This document shows positions 41,545-54,966 of a stretch of DNA of 64,000 nucleotides, one piece after another. A model generated the notes under the pieces. That model did no database searches. It was not told where the DNA came from and worked only from the letters and a program-made list of their open reading frames with translations. Every line of letters begins with the position of its first letter. The stretch's first letter is position 1. The position numbers and the translations under genes were made by a program. The stretch is from Octopus vulgaris (taxonomy: Eukaryota): NCBI GenBank assembly GCA_951406725.2, contig OX597817.1, forward strand, positions 115,072,001 to 115,136,000, read 5' to 3'.

Positions 41545-41625
<81 letters not shown>

Positions 41626-41661
41626 TGTGTACATATATATATATATATACATATATATGTA

Positions 41662-41702
<41 letters not shown>

Positions 41703-41983
41703 GTATGTTCATGTATACACACACGCGCGCGTCACACACGCACACATCTACGTATGTACCGTTCTTTGTTCGGTTATGATATCAAATCAGTTTCTTTGAA
41801 TTATTTGTTGTTATCTTTTTCGCCATTTTTGCTTTCATTATCTTTTAAAATTAAATTAGCTGCTAGCATTAAGTGTAAGCAGTGTTGTACTACCTTTTAG
41901 TTCTGTATATGTCAATTAATGTCTGTTTCTTTGAATGTATGTATGTATGTATGTATGTATATGTAAATATAATGTATGTAAGC

Positions 41984-42027
<44 letters not shown>

Positions 42028-42295
42028 GGACGGTTATGTGCTTGTTTATATGTGTGTATGTACATATAAGTATATATATCTATATATGTTTGTATATATA
42101 TTTTTGTATATATATATTTATATATGTAAACAGGTATACACACACATATATATATATATACATATATGTGTGTTTGTGTGTGTGCTAACGGTTGTATCTT
42201 GTAGGATTTTATATTTGTAAATATGTGTGTGTAGGCATATATATATAAAGATATATAAATGTACGTATGTATATTTGTATACACATACACACACA

Positions 42296-42353
<58 letters not shown>

Positions 42354-42825
42354 CATATGTACACACACACACGCATATATATATATATATGTATACATAC
42401 ATATGCACAGAGGTGCGTATATACACACAATGTACAAACGTGCGTATATACATATGCCGCCTACAGACACCGCACACATTTCTGTCTTATTTTGAGTATT
42501 TATAGTATACTAGCAAAGACATATCAATATAATTTTGTATTACTCTTCAGACTTTTAGAAACTATAACCATATCTAATAGTGTGACATATAATACAAATT
42601 TCATGACTTAATAGTACTACTCGAAACAAATTAATATAGTATAATTTTCTATTAAATTTTGGCTATGGTTTGTTATTACCTAATGAAATGGTGTTTTATA
42701 TTTATCTAGATGAGAAAAGAATGGGTCCAGTGATTCATGCAAATTTTATTGTTCTCTGCAAGCTTCAGCCTGAAATCATCAAACATAACGTTGGCCATTT
42801 TGATTTGTAATATTAGTATTAAGTA

Positions 42826-43248
42826 GGCGAGTTGGCAAAATCGTTTAGCGGCATTTCGTCCATCTTTACGTTCTGAGTTCAAATTCCGCCGATGTCGACT
42901 TTGCCTTTCATCCTTTCGAGGTCGACAAAATAAGTAGCAGTGGAGTACTGGGAGTCGATGTAATCGACTTCCATCTTCCCCCGAAGTTGATGGCCTTGTG
43001 CCAAAATTTAAAACGAATATTCGACATTTTTTCCTTCTTCTCTGGCATAAGACAACCTGGCAGTGTGACAGTATCAAAAAGAAAAAAAACCTTGCGGGGA
43101 TTTTTTTTTCTCTGGCTCTGAGTTCAAATCCTGCCGAGGCCAACTTTGCTTTTCATCCACTCGGAGTCGATAAAATCAAGTACCACTCAAGTACTAAGAG
43201 CGAAAGTATCGAGTAAGTCCCTTCCCTCAAACCTGCTGGTCTTGTGAA
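42826..43248 (+). mobile_element. Two tandem SINE family B copies (42826-43015, 43055-43248)
   Basis: ggcgagttggcaaaatcg (A box), gagttcaaattcc (B box), central gactttgcctttcatcctttcgaggtcgacaaaataagta (resembles the Deu/Nin-type SINE domain). Confidence 0.88.
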
Positions 43249-43249
43249 A

Positions 43250-43520
43250 GCACGTGTCCCTACGGTTGGGGTATTGAACACAAAATTGTAAGATCAGAGT
43301 TACGATTCCCTGACCGGGCTGTGCATTGTATTCTTGAGAAAAACGCTTCGTTTCACTTTGTTCCAGCCCACGCAGTTGCAAATGAGTTCCAGCAGTGGCT
43401 ATAAACTTAACTCTGCAGTGAACCAGCGTCTTGTTCGGAGTAAGGGTTGTGATCTCAGTAACTTATACGCAATGAAAGCCAGATGAAACTCCAGCCTTAT
43501 GAGTCCCAGAGGCTCATGAG
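43250..43520 (+). mobile_element. SINE family C
   Basis: gagttacgattccctgaccgg..cattgtattcttgagaaaaacgcttcgtttcactttgttccag; tail similar to 22290-22350. Confidence 0.65.
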
Positions 43521-43957
43521 AAACGTAAGTCATCAATAAATGATGTATAAATCAGAAACCCGGTAGAGCTAACGCGCTTCTAAGTGAAGAATTAATAATA
43601 TAAACAGCCATATATCAACGTATATAAATGGATATGTATTACATAGAGGTACACATACACTCAATGGCATTCAGAGTGACTAAATCCCCATGGGATTTTA
43701 CTAGAAAGTATTTTTCTCCGTTTTACTATGTTTTCCTTGTTTCTCCTCCCTTATTATCATTCCAAACCCCATTACAAAGAGGTACAATGCGTGAAATATA
43801 ACAATTAAGTCTAGTTCACTGAACGTTGGGATTAATAATTATGGTCCCTCATTTGCTTCGTCTTGTTTCAGTGTTGACAAATTTTTGCGTTTTCTTTTCT
43901 TCGACGTAGTTTGAGTGCATGTGCGTACATCTTCCTACCTTTCTCGCTTTCTCTCAA

Positions 43958-44090
<133 letters not shown>

Positions 44091-44119
44091 TATATCTGTC
44101 TAGCTATCTTTGCATTGCT

Positions 44120-44215
44120 GTAGGAATGAGCGAAAGACTAAGAAGCTTGCTTTAAGACCACGTGGTATCAGATTCAATCCCATTGGGTTGCACATAAGGT
44201 AAGTGTCTTCTACTG
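44120..44215 (+). mobile_element. SINE family A 5' fragment
   Basis: taagaagcttgct..ccacgtggtatcagattcaatccca..aagtgtcttctact. Confidence 0.7.
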
Positions 44216-44286
44216 TGAAAACACGTCTTGCATATTTCACTTCTCTGCTCAATTGTTATATATATATACATATATATATATGTATA

Positions 44287-45012
44287 TGGAGCGTTATGGA
44301 ATAGGAAAGGTGAACAACAATGGGTTGCATCTACTCCAAATGTCCTCTGAGCTAGGGTTGATTGTTGGAAATACATTTTTTCATCATAAGATGAAACAAA
44401 GTTACCTGGATTCACCCAAGATCAAAGCAAGGTCACATGATTGACTTAGTATTAACTCGGAAAGCTGACTTACAAGGTCTGTGCAGTATCAGAGTATTGC
44501 GAGGTGCTGTTGTGATACTGATCACAAAATGGTTAAGGCCAAGATCAAGTACAGATCCGTAAGAAAATTCGTAGTGCATGTGTACGAATACCAAAGAAAA
44601 CTGATGTAGAGCAGCTAAAAGAACAAGATTTGCAGTTGTTTCAGAAGAGATGCAGCAATGCTCATGTTGAAGGTTCATGGCAATCTTACCGTGATGGAAC
44701 ATATAAAATGGGATGAGAGATGTTAGATTTTAAGAGTAGACAACACCGAGACTGGTTTGATTCCAATGATACGGTGATAAATGCTTTTTTTAGCAATAAA
44801 GAGATCTACTCATGAAGAGGCTCTTAACCCAAACATTAAGAAAAACGTACAGCTAGAATAACTGTGCAAGTCTCAGAAAGCAGACCTACAAAAAGAACTC
44901 AGGAAGCTTAAACACACTTGATGGAGAAATTCGTCTGAGGAAGAACAGGCAGCCTATGGCAGGAAAGACATTAAAAGTTTCTATAGTTTATTGCGGCAAG
45001 CTTTTGGACCGT
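44287..45012 (+). mobile_element. RTE-clade LINE fragment (APE endonuclease C-terminus and linker)
   Basis: RYGIGKVNNNGLHLL..ELGLIVGNTFFHHK; VTWIHPRSKQGHMIDLVL; CDTDHKMV; DWFDSND; LQKELRKLK..W; FYSLLRQAFGP. Confidence 0.85.
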
Positions 45013-45127
45013 CCATACACGTTCTTCGAGCTTTACAAATGCAACTCTTAGCTTCCCTATTCTATCTATCTGTCTATCTACCTAGCTACATAGATATGTA
45101 TGTGCATGCATATATGTGTGTATATAT

Positions 45128-45177
<50 letters not shown>

Positions 45178-46450
45178 CCATTTATGTGTGTGTGCTTTTG
45201 TGCTCATATATCTCGTCCTCACCGCTTGTTAACTGCCGTTGGTTTGTCAACGCCACTTCAATTATCGATTCGGAGAAAAGGTCAGAGAAAATAAATAGCA
45301 GACTAAAAAAAAATGAAAAAAAAGGCATCGGTGGGGCGATGCATACCCTGCGCGAAGATAAACTTATAGTGTGGCAGAAAAACCAATAGTGTGGCTTACA
45401 ATGTGCGCAGATAAACTTATAGTGTAACTTACAATGCGTTGCCACCCATGCTTTTTAATTAAACTGAATTAAGTTTTTTAAGTATCACCCTTATATGCAT
45501 TTATACTCCGGTGAAATTAAGAAATCAACTCGTAAATAGACAGAACTCTCGAATCCATCACTGTGCACACACATATACACGCGCTCGGGGACACGCAATC
45601 ACACACACACATACGCACACACACACACACATACACACACACAGAGTCGCATATCTATTTAAACATAGACCAAATTTTCATCATTTCGAGCCATTCCCCC
45701 AGTGAGTATTTCTGCCAAATATGGTGAAAACCCGTTCAATGGTTTTCCAGTAATTTTGCAAACACACAAATAGGAAACAACGAGTGATTACAACACCCAG
45801 CTTTCGCTTACGCGCACAGGGTAAAAAAATGGAGAAAGAAAATATCGAGTACTAGGGCCGATCTGTTCCACTAAAACACTTCCAGGCAGTTCTCCAGCAT
45901 GGCCGCGGTCCATTGACACAAACAAATAAAAGATACACACATGCGCACATATATACATACGTGCATACATACGCACATATATACATATACATACAATGAC
46001 TTTCTCAACGCTATTGCCTTCCCTGTGTATTACAAAACTTTTACTCGTTTTCCGGAATAAATTGCACTTCATGTTTCGAGACTCGGAGAAAGCTATAGGA
46101 TGTTATTTAGGCACTCAGATAAGAGTCCACTGTTTTTTGAAGCAGAAACAGTGGTTAGTCAATGAAGTTCGTAACTTGACCACTGAATTTTCTGTCATCT
46201 CTTTTTCTTATTACCGCTCTATATCCATCAAATACTTGGCTCTGAAACGTACATATGTTAACTTCTACGCCTGAGCGAAATATTAAAATGCATGTACATG
46301 CGTACACAGATACCTATATTCAGGTATATATGTATTCAGATATACATGCATACATCATACACACAGATATACATGTATAAATGCATTTATTACACTACAC
46401 ACGCATATATATATATATATATATAAATATATATGTATATATTTAGATAT

Positions 46451-46484
<34 letters not shown>

Positions 46485-46533
46485 ATATAAATATATATGT
46501 ATATATTTATATATATATATATGTATATATTTA

Positions 46534-46572
<39 letters not shown>

Positions 46573-46652
46573 GGTATATATAGTTAGACATATATAATAT
46601 ATATATATATATATTCTATATGTCTAAATAAATACACACACACACACACACG

Positions 46653-46688
<36 letters not shown>

Positions 46689-46754
46689 AAATCTCAGAGC
46701 GAGTTATAAACAGTAGCGGTAACACATCGTGTCGCATATTTGCCATTTGAATAT

Positions 46755-46849
46755 GGCTAACCCCTAAGGGTGGTTGCTACTGTAGTATAGCCAGCTGGAG
46801 AAGGTATCTTCCTGGGGCTACAAACTACAGTAGCATCCAGGGGTTAGCC
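46755..46849. repeat. GC-rich multi-stem hairpin within a ~180 bp (TA)n-embedded module (46685-46865)
   Basis: ggctaacccct/aggggttagcc, tgctactgtagt/actacagtagca and tagcc/ggcta nested pairings. Confidence 0.8.
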
Positions 46850-46885
46850 CTTAGGGCGTCACGATATATATATATACATATGTAC

Positions 46886-46933
<48 letters not shown>

Positions 46934-47091
46934 CAACAATTGAGGTAAAATTAATTAATTAATCAATTTCACCAAGTATTCAGTATGCAAAGGGACCATT
47001 TAAGGCGAATTCAAATTATTACATTATATAAAAGTTGTAAAATAAATTACTTTGCGCATACTGATCATTATATATATATATACATATGTAC

Positions 47092-47207
<116 letters not shown>

Positions 47208-47568
47208 CATTATATAAAAGGCTTAGTAAAATAAATTACTTTGCCGCATACTGAACTCATTAGAAATAGCAGCTAAAAAACTTTTTAAAACTATTTCAAT
47301 ACTTAAAGAAAATCTCTCTCGTATAGTGTTGCTCAATTCAACTCACGAAAGTATATATATATATATATATACATTTAGCGTGCGTGTTGTGAAAAATGAT
47401 AATGGTAATGGACAATGTGTCTAGTTTCGGCATATTTGGCATTAGAATTTTTTTCGTTTGCCCTCATTTATAAGTTGTTTATAAATTTAATCTTTAAAGG
47501 TATTGTTTAATATGCTGGCCATTGATAAAATTTTTTTCGAAAAATTCTATCATACATTAAATATATAT

Positions 47569-47659
<91 letters not shown>

Positions 47660-47660
<1 letters not shown>

Positions 47661-48673
47661 CTTTATATATATAAAACTGAGAATATGTGTCTGTCTGTCT
47701 GTGTGTTTCGCTAAAACTTGAGAACTACAAAACCAATTTCATTCAAATTTTACATATGCCTTACTTAGGGTCCGGTGAGTGTCATCGGCAAAAACAAATG
47801 TTCAACTTCTTGCCTAGAGCGAGCCCATAGCAATATCATATCTTCTCCACTATTTCAGTATTACGTGTTAAAAGTGAAACAAAAACATTTCTCTATTTTA
47901 TGTCAGATACTTTCACTTTAACAATAAAAATAATAATAACAATTGACTTATATGTAGTAAGTAATAATTAAAATCAAACTAAAGTAACATAACAAAAGTA
48001 AAAATAGCAATTGGTATAAAATTGCATCAATGATTTGAACTTGAATAAGTGGTTTCACATGAATGGGAATAAATTAAAAATAAAATTAGCGTGCAGAAAT
48101 GGAATAGTCCAGATGGATAATAAAAAATTAAATTAAAGAAAAGACTATTGTCTATAAAGTATACAATGTAGAGAAAAAAGATTTGAACACATGAAGGAAA
48201 GCACCTTCGAAAAGTGTCTTGGTGCGACTATGAAAGGTATCTAATCAGAGGCGGTAAATTCGCTTCAATAGAAGTAAGGTTTGAGTCAACGGAGCGTGCA
48301 AGGGAGTACTCGACTCGAACTTGCAAAGTGGACATATTTTATTTTTACTTTTATATCTGGGACGTAGGACGTCCCGAAAAAAATTGTTAACCCCCCCCCC
48401 AGAAGTAGAGGTAGGCTGGATTGTAGTCACACTTCTATACAAGAGGGAGGACAAGATACAATTGAACGAAATTATAAGAGACGGGCTAACAATTCCAGTC
48501 TGTTATATATTTTGAGTATTGTTATCACTAGCGATATCAAGATATAGCTTTATATTTTGTATTTTATGTGTAGATGTATATATATAGATGTACATGTAAT
48601 ATGTACACATATATATACACATATATACATGCACAAGCACTATGACACGGCAACGACGGGTCGTTAATGCTAG
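47660..48673 (+). mobile_element. Non-autonomous Helitron with both termini (~1.0 kb), carrying a coding-like internal fragment
   Basis: A|TC 5' start (tctttatatatataaaactgagaatatgtgtctgtctgtct..), 3' hairpin remnant acacggcaacgacgggt followed by CTAG|T at 48670-73; no TSD; in (TA)n. Confidence 0.75.
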
Positions 48674-48727
48674 TATATATATATAAATATATATACATAT
48701 ATATACATGTGTGTGTAGTGCTATATA

Positions 48728-48792
<65 letters not shown>

Positions 48793-50027
48793 ATGTGTGT
48801 GCATACATGCCTACAAACACATGCACACACATATATATCTGTGCATCACATACATACATACATGTATAGCCGCATATATTTTTGCGTAATCGTATATATG
48901 AAGACGAAGAAAAACGGTAAGTAACGGAAGAGTGTGACATAGTGAAGCAGCGAGAATTAATGTGCTTACGTTCACATGTTTCTGAGAGAAATTTAGACAT
49001 TATGAATGAGAGAAAGGGACTGCTCACACAAACAGATACACACATATGCACACACGTATCACACACGTACTATGCTCACTCCCTCTCTCTATATATATTA
49101 TAACGTCTCTCATTTCTCATAGACATTGAGTTCTACACCTACGTGCACTGAATTCATATAAATTATAGCTTCCATCGTGTGAGTATGCGTGTACATTTAA
49201 TATCACTATAGACATATATATACAATATATATATACTTGTGTGTAAGTGTACATATATATATATGTGTGTGTGTGTGTATGTGTGTGCATACATGCCTAC
49301 AAACACATGCATATAGTGATTCGTATGCGCAATCAAAAATACATCCCTCAATAGCTATTCGAAACTCAATAGATATTCCAAACGCAAACACATATACACA
49401 GATAGGGATACAAACTTATATATACATTGACATCTATACTATAAGAAAGAAAGCTGCTTATAAGTTAGTTGGAATTATATAGACATTATGAATGAGAGAA
49501 AGAATGGGAGAGAAAATTATTAAACTCTAAAGGAGGTCTAGAAAAATAGTATGTAAATTTTATAATATATATATATATACCATATATATATATATATATA
49601 TATAGACACAGATCCACGAACATACACAAGCACACACACACATTTCTTGCTGAAAGCTACTCGATACTATAGTATTGGAATATCTCTCGATACACTAAAT
49701 GTCATTCACTAAACATATACACGTACAATCAGAACTCTAACCTGGACGGGACGACGAGCTCTGTTGCAGGTGAAATTTCGTATACAAACACAATTATAGA
49801 TTTGTATACATGTCAAAAGATATTTTCCATACAGAACATTCGCCATATACCGTGATTCGTAGGTGCGCTCATCAAAACATACATCCCCGGTCAATGAGCT
49901 ATTCGAAACCTGCAATCACACGATATGTCCAAACGCAAACCACATATACACAGATAGGGATACCATAACTTATATATGGACATTGACATCTATACTATGC
50001 AGAGCCGCTATAAGTTACATTGACGCA

Positions 50028-50268
50028 CACACCCCGGTTGTCAAGCGGCGATGGGAGGATAAACACCCATCCAAAGACACAAACATACACATATACACAC
50101 ACATAAATGTATATATATCTGTACGACGGGCTTCTTACAGTCTCCGTCTACCAATTGTTTGGTCGGCCGGAAGGTATAATAGGAGACACTTGCCCAAGGT
50201 GCCACGCAGTAGGACTGAACCTGGAACCATGTGTTTGAGAAGCAAGTTTCTTACCACACAGCCACGCT
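50028..50268 (-). mobile_element. SINE family A
   Basis: gacacttgcccaaggtgccacgcagtaggactgaacctggaaccatgt..cttaccacacagccac. Confidence 0.85.
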
Positions 50269-50274
50269 TGGGTC

Positions 50275-50347
<73 letters not shown>

Positions 50348-50411
50348 AGTGTACCATATCCATCCATACATAGATACATAGATAGATACTTACACACACA
50401 CACATATATAT

Positions 50412-50549
50412 ATAGTTGGAATTTACAAAAAAACAAAAGAGGAAGTTAAGTGTATAAACATCAAACATGTGTATTATTTTAACGCTCAGGAAGGTGAGAA
50501 AGTCTTCAACGCTTCGAGCCTACGCTCTTCGGCAGAATGGAACACCAGA

Positions 50550-50550
<1 letters not shown>
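50412..50550 (-). mobile_element. (TA)n-embedded Penelope pLTR-like fragment with degenerate minimal hammerhead
   Basis: Same family as 1611-1706; minus strand cugccga-a-GAGC-guag-GCUC-gaag-cguu. Confidence 0.5.
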
Positions 50551-50617
<67 letters not shown>

Positions 50618-51001
50618 CTTGTTTACCATGCTCACACAGGTCAGACGAAATTTGTTGTAGTTGATGTTTTACATCACGATGGTCTCTTTGTCACCAGCCT
50701 TCACCTATTTCCAAATAAGATAGATTTTCTCCAATGACGAGACATGTTCACTGTAAAGTTTCGGGTGCTAAGTTACATAGACCCAGTTATTGATTTCCAT
50801 GATGTACATGTGACCGAGCTGACAACTAGCCTCTGAACCGGCCTCTGGTCAGTCGTGTGGTTATTCATTTTACAGCTGAGTGACTTGGAGCTAAGTGAAG
50901 AGAAGTATTTTGCTCTAATACATAATGCACCTCTCGTTTCAGTTAAGCGAAACAAATAGGCATGCACTTTGCTAGAAACACTCAAACACACACACTATCT
51001 T

Positions 51002-51065
<64 letters not shown>

Positions 51066-51322
51066 CTAGTGTACACACACACACACACACATTGACACAT
51101 AACAGGTAAGATATACCACATGAACTTTCACATATTTTATTTTACCGACTAAGGTAAGTAAACCACACCTACTTAACAAAACAGAATTTATTTTTTCGAT
51201 AGGTATTATAGGGCGTAATCGGATTCTCAAAGAAGAAACCTATATAAAATAATTTGTCAAATGCCTTGAGCTTTTTCTCAGGTTTATTGGTTCATTAAGC
51301 TTCCACGAAAGTTTATTCACGA

Positions 51323-51394
<72 letters not shown>

Positions 51395-52415
51395 CTTGTG
51401 TTTTTTCTATGCTCACACTTTGAAATAAGACTAAATATTGTTGCGAATAGAAATTTATGTTTTATCATCACGATGGTCTCTAATTGTCACCAGAATTCAC
51501 CTATTTCCAAATAATATTGGAGAAATTTTTATACCTTTCCAATGACTTTGTGACATGTTCACTGTAAAGTTTTACAGAAGTCTCAGCTGTGACGCCAGTT
51601 ATTGATGGGTCCATGATGGTAGCAGAGTGAACCTTTGAGCTGACAGAAAAGCGACGATAACTGAACAGGCCTATGGTCAGAATAAAAAAGAGAGGGAGAT
51701 TTTAGAGCTGAGTAGAGAGAGATAGAGAGAGAGAGAGTAGAGAGAGAATGAGTTTCAGAGAGAGAGATAGAGAGAGAGAGAGCATGAAGTTTGCTAGAAA
51801 CAGTCAAATAAAGAGACTTACACATACACACACACACACACACACACATACACTCGCAGAGACATACACACACCTATATGGACTTTTTGTTACACACACA
51901 CTTACATAACAGGTTGTATTTATGTATTAGCTATTTTCTATCTTGAAACATATATTTGTATATAAGCTAATTTGGAATCATAAGCGCATGTATTTATGTC
52001 TAAGCTAAATTGCATTACACGAATTCGCATATAAGTTAAATAGGTAGTTATAGGGCATAAGTTGCGTTGTCTCAGATAGAACGAAACCATAAAGTTCATT
52101 CATAGAAACAAGTTTTCATAAACATGCCCTGTTTTCTCAGGTTCCAATTGGTTCATGTAAAAACGAAGTACGTATGTTCACTACCGTTCCTGTCTACTCA
52201 GCAGAGGGACAGAGTCAAGAGCTGTGAAATGCAAATATAGCAGCAGTTGAAGCTACACAACTGGCGAACAGACAGAAAACATGGTATGTGTTTTTCAAAA
52301 CATCTTTGAAATACATACACATACACTTACGTATGTGTGTGTCCATGTAATATATATATATATAAATAATATATAAATATATGCATATGTACATAGCTAC
52401 ATATATATATATATA

Positions 52416-53245
52416 TCTACGACCTATGTAGGGAAATTCTGTCTGTGGCTGTGTTTGTGGAGTTGTTAGCTAACTCCTCCTACATCGTTTTATCGATTTT
52501 GATGAAACTTGACACGTGAGTAGAACCTATGTCTGGAAACCTTATGGCATACTCAGATTGTTGCAAAAATTGATAATAGGAGCCCCTGGAGAGGATCCTT
52601 ATATATAGCCAGAGGCAGAATAACCCATTTATTTTCCTAAATTAATTGGTAATAATGAAACTGAGTATGCTTATTTCTTAGTATATGAACTGTTAGAGAT
52701 ATTTTCACAATTTACCCAGTACAACCCTTAAACAAGTAAATAGTATTTTTCTAAACAATAGATCCACTTATTTCGATTAGTGGCCTATTCACAAATATCC
52801 CAACTCTAGCGTCGCTGAAGGTAATATTTTCTGGGAACATTCCTCTTTTCAAGAGTTATTTACTTTGAATTGCTATTATTTCATATCTGATTAGCCTGTT
52901 ATTATGTAACATGTTTCACGATTTTTGTGTTCATACCTTATTAGTATTTCCTCCTATGTTCTATATACTCTGGGAACGCACTAAAGTCCTTTTCGGGGCT
53001 ACTTTATTTGAATTCTTACTATCGGGTAACTAATTTCATGTTATTACAGATAACTGACTTCACAATATGGGCATTCATAGAAACAAGTTTTCATAAACAT
53101 GCCCTGTTTTCTAGTTCCAATTTTATGTAAATGCACGAAGTAGCCGTATGTTGAAGGGCTACATACTTTGTGTTGTTGTCTTGGATTAGTGAAACAATTA
53201 TGAGAACGGAACCAAGGGATGAGCTCAACCGGGTACGTCAGCTAG
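52416..53245 (+). mobile_element. Non-autonomous Helitron-like element; corrupted second copy at ~53448-54290
   Basis: A|TC start, ctgtctgt..taactcctcc..atcgattttgatgaaactt 5' region typical of HINE-like elements; 3' ccgggtacgtcag-CTAG|T at 53242-45. Confidence 0.55.
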
Positions 53246-53321
53246 TATATATATATAGCAATATAAGTATATATGTATGTATACAACATATAAATATGTA
53301 TATATATATATATATATCGTA

Positions 53322-53418
<97 letters not shown>

Positions 53419-54103
53419 ATATATATAGCTACATATATATATATATATCTACGACCTATGTATATATATATATATGTCTGTGGCTGTGTTTGTGGAGTTG
53501 TTAGCTAACTCCTCCTACATCGTTTTATCGATTTTGATGAAACTTGACACGTGAGTAGAACCTATGTCTGGAAACCTTATGGCATACTCAGATTGTTGCA
53601 AAAATTGATAATAGGGCCCCTGGAAGGGATCCTTATATATAGCCAAGGCAAATAACCCATTTATTTTCCTAAATTAATTGGTAATAATGAAACTGATATG
53701 CTATATATATCTGTATGTATATGATATATGTATATATATATATATTCACATATTTACCCAGTATAACCCTATATGTATATATATATATGTATATATATAT
53801 CTAAACATATATATATATATTATTTCGATATATATGACCTATATCACATATATATCCCAACCCTATCGCTGATAGGTATATATTTTCTGGGAACACACAA
53901 AAGCTATTTTCAGAGTTATATATATATTGATATATATATATATATATATATATATGATATAGCCTGTTATTATGTAACATGTATATATATATATATTTTA
54001 TATATCATACCTTATATAGTATTTCCTCCTATATTCTATATACTCTGGGAACGCATAAAGTCCTTTTCGGAGCTATATATATGAATATATTATATATATA
54101 TAC

Positions 54104-54135
<32 letters not shown>

Positions 54136-54297
54136 TATATTCATAGCTTATATATAATTCCTATAAATAAGATCCTGTGTATGACAGTTCCGTATTCTCT
54201 GTAAATGCACATATAGCCGTTTAAGGGCTACATATTTGTGTTGTTGTTATATATTATGTGATAATATTATGATAACGGATATATGTAAGGGATATAT

Positions 54298-54876
<579 letters not shown>

Positions 54877-54894
54877 TATATATATGTCATTATA

Positions 54895-54966
<72 letters not shown>

